Assembly: GCA_035250975.1 (NCBI GenBank)
Contig: DATFEP010000027.1
Span: forward strand, 1 to 14,707
Length of the DNA: 14,707 nucleotides
Reading direction: 5' to 3'
DNA from: Nitrososphaeraceae archaeon
GTDB lineage: Archaea; Thermoproteota; Nitrososphaeria; Nitrososphaerales; Nitrososphaeraceae
Part shown: in pieces, positions 8,006-14,707 of the stretch
Position numbering within the stretch: the first letter of the stretch is position 1
How the letters are laid out: each line of letters begins with the position of its first letter
The notes under the pieces: model-generated
What the model was told of the DNA's origin: nothing
Database searches by the model: none
Seen by the model: only the letters and a program-made list of their open reading frames with translations
Position numbers and translations under genes: made by a program

Positions 8006-9331
8006 ATGAAAAAATTGAAATTAATATCAACATTTAGTCTTTATTTTATTACTTTGATCCTAATATTGCATTTAGAGAGCTCCAGTGTTTATTCCGAGCC
8101 AGATGAAACTTATGAAAATGATGATAAAAAAGAGGTTTCAAATAAAGACGTAGTCGAGGTTTATGATGAATCGATAGAAGTTCAATCAATATATGATGAT
8201 GATGGATTGGATTCCCCTGTTTTTCTTGGGTTTGCTGGGCCCAATGACATTCTAGTTTATGAAAAACAAGGTTTTATAAAGAGGGTAATTGATGGCGACC
8301 TAATCAAAAGACCAGTTTTGAAATTAGATACTCAAAGCGGTAACGAGATCTTTATGAAGGGAATAATCTCAAAAGACACAACTAAAGACGAAATCGTCAC
8401 ACACTACATATTTCTCTACTATACACAGTGCGACCCTAATGATGATTGTAGAGATTTAGTTTATAGGTATGAACTAGACGATAAAAATAATATTCTATTG
8501 AATGCCAAACTATTATTCTCTCTAAAGACTTTTAAGGATTCCATTGAAGACCAAGGAATAATTAGATTGGCCCCAGATAACAATCTTCATCTCGATATAA
8601 AAAACGTGCAGAAAATTTCTGGTTATGATGATTCCGGTACTTTAAATGAGATTGAGAAAGGCAAAATGAGTTGGACGGAGTGTTTTATCCAAACAAACTT
8701 GGGAAATGATTTTAATGACAAATTAACAAGTGAAAATGAATACATCGGATTGGACCATGGTCATGGACTATCTGGTTCATTTGGAGCAGATTTTGATCCA
8801 TACAGTGGAGAACTTTGGTATTTGGAAGATGGTCTTGATAATGCAGATGAAATCCGCATGTTATTACAACCGTCAGATAACAATAATTTGATGAAAACTG
8901 ATCCTTTTAAACAAGTGAATAAAAATGAGAACTTTTTTTGTATCGACAGAGAGTATTATGATGATTTAAAGCATACTGAAGAAGCCGATATTTCTCTGAA
9001 ATCATTATTATTTTTGCATACCCAGTATTTAGGTAAGAAAAATAGTGATAATTTGTTAGTTTCATCAGATACGAATCAAATATTTCAATTTGATCTTGAT
9101 CGTAATAGAAGTAATTTGATCATACCTACTAAATCACAAGATATTCAAGCTTCAGTAGACACTAAAGATGCCAAACAATTTGTTTTTGCCGAAGGATTCA
9201 ACGGTTTATTGGACGTACGACTTAATCCCTACGATGGTTTATTATATGTTCTTGATAAAAATACTGATGAGGAAGATGATTCAACAGCGACAATCTATAG
9301 ATTTGAAAAAAAAGGCAGTAAAAATTTATGA
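8006..9331 (+). CDS. secreted, degenerate GSDH/PQQ sugar dehydrogenase-like beta-propeller (probable pseudoenzyme)
   Basis: Collinear with 2719-4845 (GPNDILVYEK, IKRVIDG, YRYELD.KNN.L.N.K.L, SFG.DFDP..G.LW..E.G...DEI, FA.GF), but the HxGG, ERGLLG and GIRN motifs are replaced. Confidence 0.82.
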   Translation: MKKLKLISTFSLYFITLILILHLESSSVYSEPDETYENDDKKEVSNKDVVEVYDESIEVQSIYDDDGLDSPVFLGFAGPNDILVYEKQGFIKRVIDGDLIKRPVLKLDTQSGNEIFMKGIISKDTTKDEIVTHYIFLYYTQCDPNDDCRDLVYRYELDDKNNILLNAKLLFSLKTFKDSIEDQGIIRLAPDNNLHLDIKNVQKISGYDDSGTLNEIEKGKMSWTECFIQTNLGNDFNDKLTSENEYIGLDHGHGLSGSFGADFDPYSGELWYLEDGLDNADEIRMLLQPSDNNNLMKTDPFKQVNKNENFFCIDREYYDDLKHTEEADISLKSLLFLHTQYLGKKNSDNLLVSSDTNQIFQFDLDRNRSNLIIPTKSQDIQASVDTKDAKQFVFAEGFNGLLDVRLNPYDGLLYVLDKNTDEEDDSTATIYRFEKKGSKNL

Positions 9332-9481
9332 TAGTCCCGCGCAAACGAATACAAAAATGAGAAAAGTATACGAAATTAATTATTTTGTAAATTTCACCGA
9401 CCTCTATTATTTTGATTAATAACTGTTTAAAATTTAAAATAACATTTTAATATTTTAATACTATTAAATGCTTAATAGAGT

Positions 9482-9685
9482 ATGAATGTAAATATGATTT
9501 CATTCTCTTCTCTGTTGCTGTCAACAATTCTTATTCTCTCGTCCATCTCCTTATCTGGCGGATTTACTGATCCCGCAGTAGGTCAAGAGCAAGAAGAAAT
9601 TGAACCAATACCACCTGTAAATATAACAAATCAAACAACTTCACAAGTTTCATCAGAAACGGATGATGTACCTGACCTCAGTTAA
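9482..9685 (+). CDS. small secreted hypothetical protein
   Basis: 67 aa: a hydrophobic signal segment ending AVG|Q, then an acidic Pro/Thr/Ser-rich tail with NIT and NQT sequons. An AT-rich TATA-like region lies upstream. Confidence 0.65.
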   Translation: MNVNMISFSSLLLSTILILSSISLSGGFTDPAVGQEQEEIEPIPPVNITNQTTSQVSSETDDVPDLS

Positions 9686-9813
9686 TAGAGATAACGAAAG
9701 ATTTCCCAATATTTTTTATTACCATGTATCTGTATAAAATTTGAAAAAGAAAGATCGTTCATTACATTACGTAATTAGAAATGCAATAAACGATAACAAA
9801 AGAAAGTGGGACC

Positions 9814-10455
9814 CTATGAATTTGAATACCAAGGTGCCTCAGTTTTTATATCAGAAGAAGCAGTAGCGTTTTTAGCGGAAATTGCTTTATTTGTGCAACC
9901 CTCTGATAACGTATCTCCTTCCTCGATATTAAAATCTATTAATTGGTCTTCATTGTCGCATACAAAATGATCTCCTCCTTTGTCTCCCTGAAGAATATCA
10001 GCACCTTTACCCCCCTCCAATGTATCATTTCCTGATCCACCAACTAATGTGTCGTTACCTTGGTAACCTTTAAGAACATCATCACCTTTGCCTCCTTCAA
10101 GCAAATCATCACCTTTTCCCGCTTTCAACTTGTCATTACCGTCATTTCCGTACAGTTCATCATTCCCTAAACCGCTATCCAAAAGGTCATTACCTTTATC
10201 CCCATCGATTTCATCATTTCCTTCGCTTCCCTTGATCTTATCATTTATTTTTGTACCCTCTATTGATAAATCGAAGTCTCCCTTTCCGGATGAATATTTT
10301 ATTTTTTCTTCTTCTTCCGCTTCTGGATCTACTTCCTGCTGCTGTTGTGCATTAGTAACACCAAATTTCTGATTAGAAAAGAGTGTTAATAGTAGTATTA
10401 CTGTAAATATCACAATTTTTATATAAAACGTTGATTTAAGCGGACGTTCAGCCAT
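9814..10455 (-). CDS. secreted hemolysin-type (RTX) calcium-binding repeat protein
   Basis: N-terminal signal peptide ending TNA|Q, about 11 consecutive GGxGxDxLx-type nonapeptides, then a C..D.LIDF...EGD....C cap. Confidence 0.9.
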   Translation of the reverse strand: MAERPLKSTFYIKIVIFTVILLLTLFSNQKFGVTNAQQQQEVDPEAEEEEKIKYSSGKGDFDLSIEGTKINDKIKGSEGNDEIDGDKGNDLLDSGLGNDELYGNDGNDKLKAGKGDDLLEGGKGDDVLKGYQGNDTLVGGSGNDTLEGGKGADILQGDKGGDHFVCDNEDQLIDFNIEEGDTLSEGCTNKAISAKNATASSDIKTEAPWYSNS

Positions 10456-10741
10456 TTGCTGGTATATATATTATTATTACAGTATTAATTTTTGCTCTAC
10501 AATGTAATTAATACAGATATTGAAAAATTTTTAGGATATATTAATTAATAAAAGATTTACAGATATAAATATAAATTCCAACAACTGTTGGTTTATTCTT
10601 GTCCATCTTTTCTTCTCTTGGACATTGATACATTCTATTTCAAGTGAAAAGCCATTCAGTCGGTTAGAATTTGTACTATCATTTTGCTAGTTTGTTATAT
10701 GGTTATAAAGATGTACTATAAAATACAATGATAACGATTTT

Positions 10742-10778
10742 ATGAGATCTCATTATCAATCAAAACGTTTTGTATACA
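10742..10778. promoter_or_regulatory. cluster of palindromes directly upstream of the MFS gene
   Basis: ATGAGATCTCAT (10742-10753), AAAACGTTTT (10762-10771) and TGTATACA (10771-10778). Confidence 0.25.
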
Positions 10779-10779
10779 T

Positions 10780-11940
10780 ATGAAAGTATTTGAAATGATT
10801 TTTTCACGTATCCCATTTTCTTTATTTTTAGCTAGAATTTTATATACAATAAATTGGTTTAATATTTCGTCGATATTTTATTTTATATCTCAAGATTTTA
10901 ATCTTGATATTTCCTCTTTAGGGTTAATAACTACCAGTTTTATCATAGGAGTCGGTATCTTTCAGGTACCTGCAGGAATACTGGTTGCAAAATTCGGTGC
11001 CAGTAAAGTAGGTGTTTTTGGTATCTTGTTCTCTTCATCCATGGTAGTAATTTCTGGTCTTTTACAAGATATTACACAAATTGCATTTCTTAGATTTTTG
11101 GTGGGTGCTGGCATGGCATGTTTTTTTGGACCAAGTGTTACTTTGATATCTCGATTTTTAGGGGAAAAAAATACTGGATTGGGGATTGGTATTCTTAACT
11201 CAGCACATGCGATAGGTGCACTGTTAGGAATTTTTGGCTGGATAGGATTAACTGAGATCTTTGGCTGGCGCTGGTCCATTATATTTGGAGGAGTAGGCGG
11301 AATAATAATTGCCATTTTCATGGAACTTTATTTAATTAGCGACTTTAGATTGAGAGTTAAAGTTGAAATAAATGAAATAAAAAAAGTACTATTAAACAGA
11401 TCATTAATCACTCTTGGAATTTCATTACTGGGGTTTCAAACAGGTGCAGCCTTGACTCTGACTTTTATGGTTATTTATTTGATAGAAAAAATAAATGTGG
11501 AGCCAGTTCTTGCAGGCTTTTTTGGAAGTCTGAGTTTGATAACAGGGATAGTAGTCTCACCCCTATTTGGAAGGATGTACGACAAGATTAAAGATACAAA
11601 GAAACTTTTGTTCTTTTCAGCAGTCATTTGTGCCTGTAGTATAATGCTTTTGTATATTGATTCAATTTATATCGTCATTTTTTCAATTCTGGTCTCTGGT
11701 ATTTTTCTATCAATGGGATTTGTTGTAATCTACGCAAAAGCAAAACAGGATTACGGTATAAAAGCGCAATATCAGACTCTATCTGTCTGTTTTGTTAACG
11801 GCATTTCGCTATCAGCATCATTTTGGATTCCAGTAATGTTTTCGTATGCTGTAACAGAATATGGATATAACCTGGCCTGGTTTCTTGCAGGAATCGTGAT
11901 AATTTTATTATCTTTGCCTTTGTTAAAACTGAAGACGTAA
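10780..11940 (+). CDS. MFS transporter
   Basis: 386 aa with about 12 hydrophobic segments. Motif-A-like loops are present (AGILVAKFGASK, FGRMYDKIKDTKK), as is LRFLVGAG in TM4. Confidence 0.92.
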   Translation: MKVFEMIFSRIPFSLFLARILYTINWFNISSIFYFISQDFNLDISSLGLITTSFIIGVGIFQVPAGILVAKFGASKVGVFGILFSSSMVVISGLLQDITQIAFLRFLVGAGMACFFGPSVTLISRFLGEKNTGLGIGILNSAHAIGALLGIFGWIGLTEIFGWRWSIIFGGVGGIIIAIFMELYLISDFRLRVKVEINEIKKVLLNRSLITLGISLLGFQTGAALTLTFMVIYLIEKINVEPVLAGFFGSLSLITGIVVSPLFGRMYDKIKDTKKLLFFSAVICACSIMLLYIDSIYIVIFSILVSGIFLSMGFVVIYAKAKQDYGIKAQYQTLSVCFVNGISLSASFWIPVMFSYAVTEYGYNLAWFLAGIVIILLSLPLLKLKT

Positions 11941-11947
11941 CGATCTC

Positions 11948-11977
11948 CTTTCTTCTTCTTTTCTTTACTTTTTTTTG
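11948..11977 (+). terminator. pyrimidine/oligo-T terminator of the MFS gene
   Basis: TTTCTTCTTCTTTTCTTTACTTTTTTTTT follows the stop codon closely. Confidence 0.55.
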
Positions 11978-12037
11978 CTATGGCTATTGATCTTGTTTAA
12001 AACAAGTAATTAGATATACCAGATTTATTTATTTTTT

Positions 12038-12104
12038 GGGTCAGTTCGTCGCGAGTACTTCATAGCTTGTAACTCAGACTGGAGCAGCATATCACTTCAT
12101 TCCC
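12038..12104 (-). ncRNA. archaeal C/D-box 2'-O-methylation guide sRNA
   Basis: Minus strand reads GGG-A-[AUGAAGU C]-GAUAUGCUGCUCCAGU-[CUGA D']-GUUACAAGCU-[AUGAAGU C']-ACUCGCGACGAA-[CUGA D]-CCC. It is 67 nt, has a GGG/CCC terminal stem and a 3-nt bulge before the tandem GA (K-turn geometry), and forms a GC-rich island in AT-rich intergenic DNA. Confidence 0.85.
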
Positions 12105-12124
12105 ATTATGAGCTTATATTTTCT

Positions 12125-12135
12125 TTTTTAAATAT
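12125..12135 (-). promoter_or_regulatory. TATA-box candidate for the C/D sRNA
   Basis: Minus strand reads ATATTTAAAAA. The TTTAAAAA core lies 21-28 nt upstream of the predicted sRNA 5' end at 12104. Confidence 0.5.
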
Positions 12136-12301
12136 GTATTGTATTGTTTCAAATAATAATAATCGCTGAAAAGTGGTCTTGTAATTAACTATTCAAATGT
12201 CACATTCTGTTATCTATTTGTACCTTTTGGATTGGTATTTAATAGATTACATTACTAATTTAATTTTTGAATGATTAAGTTAATCTCAATCACTGCAGTT
12301 A

Positions 12302-13561
12302 TCAGTTTATATTATTTTTTTCCAATATATCCAGGCTACTTACAGGTGGGTGGATCTCTCTAACGCTCAAATTTTTGAAATCCACATCATCTGCAAAATC
12401 CCATCTGAACGTTGCAATTGGACCTCCCCATGTAATAATTTGATCCTTGTCTCCGTCACATTTTTTACCTGATTTACCCCAATTCCCAGTGTCAGTATAT
12501 TCGTCTACTTTTATCCAATTCCCATCATTTCTGGGATCCAGCCAGCTCTCCATTTTTACCACTGTTTGAGAGGGGTCTTCTGGGTTTTCAATGTTATATG
12601 TTATAAACTTGTAACCTATCCACTTATCTTTGATAGGTCCATCTGCTTTCTTGATGTCGCTGAAAACATAGCTAACATGCCACTGTTCTTTTGAAAATTT
12701 TGTATCTCCAGAAAAATAAATACTTCCTTTGTATCCAACTCCTTCACAAGGATTTGAGTCACTATGGTGACCCCCTCGATTGTACCAAGTAAATTTTCCT
12801 TCATCAGGGGGAATAGTATAATGATTCAATTTTATGTATCCAGTTATTTCAACATTTTTCCAGTCTGTTCTAGATCCCATATAACCTTTTTCTGCTAGTT
12901 GTGCATGATCAAAAGTTTCTATCCTTTCAGGACGATATCCCTCGGAAGTAAAGACATCCATTCTTACCTTGGCTTCAGAATTTTTCGATTTTAGTTTCCA
13001 AGATCCATCTTTATTTTGAGAAATTTCAAGGTTTGGATCGGTTTGTTCTGTATTCAAATTGAATGGACTAAAACGAGAGTCCTCAAGTGGATTGACCATG
13101 TTTAGAAACCATTCTTGACCATTTGTGGTCGTAGGATAGATGTACTTTATTCCAAATCTATCGTACATGTTGTTATCTAGTTTGTTTAAATTATCGGGTA
13201 CATTTTCACTTTTAAAACTGTCGCTATCCTTTGATTTTTTCTTCTCTTTATCTTTCTTGCTTTTCTTATCTTTTTCGTTTTCATCATCATCGTCATCATC
13301 CTTTGATTTTTCATCGTCATTTTTATCATCATCTTTATCATCGTTTTCATCATCATCATCGTCATCATCGTCGTTGTCAGATTTCTTTGCAAATGCATAA
13401 TAGCTACCATCCAAATCGATAATTGGAATTAAGAGAATTAACAATACTAAAGGGATCGCGAATACAGGAATAATTTTAAAAAGGGGTCTCAACAAGATCA
13501 ATATATAGAAAAATTTACCAGATTTTAATTTTTTATCATAATGTTCTGTAATTTTCTCCAT
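12302..13561 (-). CDS. secreted or membrane-anchored conserved hypothetical protein with D/K-rich linker (possibly carbohydrate-active)
   Basis: Long hydrophobic N-terminus ending YAFA, about 60 aa of D/E/K low complexity, then a Trp/Gly-rich globular domain (DRFGIKYIYPT..GQEWF, WKNVEITGY, RGGHH..CEG..YKG, KEQWH, ITWGGPIATFRWD, FKNLSVREI). Confidence 0.82.
   Translation of the reverse strand: MEKITEHYDKKLKSGKFFYILILLRPLFKIIPVFAIPLVLLILLIPIIDLDGSYYAFAKKSDNDDDDDDDDENDDKDDDKNDDEKSKDDDDDDENEKDKKSKKDKEKKKSKDSDSFKSENVPDNLNKLDNNMYDRFGIKYIYPTTTNGQEWFLNMVNPLEDSRFSPFNLNTEQTDPNLEISQNKDGSWKLKSKNSEAKVRMDVFTSEGYRPERIETFDHAQLAEKGYMGSRTDWKNVEITGYIKLNHYTIPPDEGKFTWYNRGGHHSDSNPCEGVGYKGSIYFSGDTKFSKEQWHVSYVFSDIKKADGPIKDKWIGYKFITYNIENPEDPSQTVVKMESWLDPRNDGNWIKVDEYTDTGNWGKSGKKCDGDKDQIITWGGPIATFRWDFADDVDFKNLSVREIHPPVSSLDILEKNNIN
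13215..13385 (-). repeat. low-complexity GAT/GAC/AAA codon tract encoding poly-Asp then Lys-rich linker
   Basis: CATCATCATCGTCATCATC-type units on the plus strand, translating to KKSDNDDDDDDDDENDDKDDDKNDDEKSKDDDDDDENEKDKKSKKDKEKKKSK. Confidence 0.85.
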
Positions 13562-14281
13562 AGATATGTTATGTTAAAAAATTTCTGTTATATTGTTACA
13601 AGATTCACTAACAGTTTTGAGCTTAAAAAAATACTATTAGATTTCATCAATAATGAAAAAGCTTGTTAATTAGGTTAGCAAGTACCTCTTATTGTCATAC
13701 ATTATGTTTGGATTGTCTTTATATAGGATCGAGCATAATCGCTATAAAGCCCTCTTGTAAATTTTATTTTAAACTATAAGATAACTATATTAGTAATTAA
13801 AGAGTCATCTGTGTTTATGTAATTGTTAATTTTAAAGATCAATATAGTAAAAAAATATTTTCATAATTGTCCATTTATAAATAACAATTGCAAAATTAAA
13901 GGATACAATTAATAGCTATTTAATAATTAATTTAATAAAAACAGGAGAATTACTTTCAATACGCGCATATCAAGTGAGTTAGTTAAATACAATTTCAATA
14001 TGACTAATTTTGAAAATAGGATACTGTAAAAAAATTTATTAATCATTGTAATTAAAAAAATAGGATAAATAAAAATCTCAATTTTGTGCATATATTTATT
14101 AAATGATTATTGCGATTTGGTAAGCCACGGATTTATCGTTATCAGATTATAAGATCAAGACTGATAAGCGATTTAAGATATTTCATATACTAATGGTATT
14201 AAATTTCAAGATTTGGTATTGAATTTATCTGGAAATTTATGTGTAACAAGTTATTTATTACTCCTCGGTATCAGCTATACC

Positions 14282-14707
14282 ATGTCATCAAAAAGTATTG
14301 GAGAATATATTGGTAATTGTAAATTTTGCAAAGATGATTTATTACTTGATTTTATCTCCTGTTTTAAAACTTCCAGTGAAAAAGATTTTTATTTCTGCAG
14401 TTTAGGACATTATTGGACAGTTGGTGACCTCTCTGAACAGCAACAAGGCAGTGAAGATATTTCTGACCAGCAACCAACGAGTGAAAGTAACGAACAATTG
14501 CATAGTGAGAATATCCCATCTCATACGGACAGACCGTTTAACAGAGATAAACCATTCAACAGAGACAGACCGTTTAACAGAGATAAACCATTCAACAGAG
14601 ATAAACCATTCAACAGAGACAGACCGTTTAACAGAGACAGAGACAGACCGTTTAACAGAGACAGAGACAGACCGTTTAACAGAGACAGAGACAGACCGTT
14701 TAACAGA
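14282..14707 (+). CDS. 3'-truncated protein: Cys/His zinc-finger-like N-terminus, acidic/Gln spacer, D[R/K]PFNR tandem repeats
   Basis: Open from ATG 14282 to the window end (142 codons): MSSKSIGEYIGNCKFCKDDLLLDFISCFKTSSEKDFYFCSLGHYWTVGDLSEQQQGSEDISDQQPTSESNEQLHSENIPSHT-DRPFNR-DKPFNR... A TATA-like TTATTTATTA lies at 14251-14260. It is absent from the ORF track, presumably because there is no stop codon in the window. Confidence 0.75.
   Translation, partial: MSSKSIGEYIGNCKFCKDDLLLDFISCFKTSSEKDFYFCSLGHYWTVGDLSEQQQGSEDISDQQPTSESNEQLHSENIPSHTDRPFNRDKPFNRDRPFNRDKPFNRDKPFNRDRPFNRDRDRPFNRDRDRPFNRDRDRPFNR
14528..14707 (+). repeat. coding tandem repeat with 18-nt and 24-nt units, running off the window end
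   Basis: With A=GACAGACCGTTTAACAGA and B=GATAAACCATTCAACAGA, the order is A B A B B A, then three copies of GACAGA+A. Confidence 0.95.

Noticed and set aside
9168-9419. Overlapping +strand ORF as a frameshifted extension of the degenerate GSDH
   Set aside because: The main frame already completes the last blade (LLYVL...IYRF) and the alternative frame has no protein-like features.
11992-12006. CTTGTTT-A-AAACAAG inverted repeat as a mobile-element end
   Set aside because: It is isolated, with no transposase or target-site duplication. At most it is part of the convergent termination zone.
10088-13422. ORFs 10088-10372, 10962-11321, 12616-12804, 13140-13400, 13186-13410 and 13231-13422 (poly-Ser, poly-Met, poly-His)
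   Set aside because: They are alternate-frame or antisense readings of the RTX repeats, the MFS gene and the poly-Asp gene.
14528-14707. Terminal repeat as a CRISPR array
   Set aside because: Units are head-to-tail with no unique spacers, lengths are multiples of three, variation is mostly synonymous, and no cas genes are present.

Overview
AT-rich window that is most likely archaeal. Protein families, TATA-like promoters and oligo-T terminators suggest a Nitrososphaeraceae/Ca. Nitrosocosmicus-like ammonia oxidiser (inference). It is dominated by secreted or surface-protein genes: a 5'-truncated LamG+NHL protein, two more NHL beta-propellers, one largely intact and one degenerate PQQ-dependent (GSDH-family) sugar dehydrogenase, a duplicated-domain secreted protein, a small secreted protein, an RTX-repeat Ca-binding protein and a conserved secreted hypothetical protein, plus one MFS transporter. 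Two elements are missing from the ORF track. The first is a C/D-box guide sRNA on the minus strand (12038-12104) whose D' guide points by the N+5 rule at the 23S rRNA P-loop G2251. The second is a 3'-truncated CDS (14282->end) with a Cys/His zinc-finger-like N-terminus followed by a D[R/K]PFNR tandem repeat. The NHL propellers carry a conserved ring of His/Glu/Asp residues that suggests a metal site.
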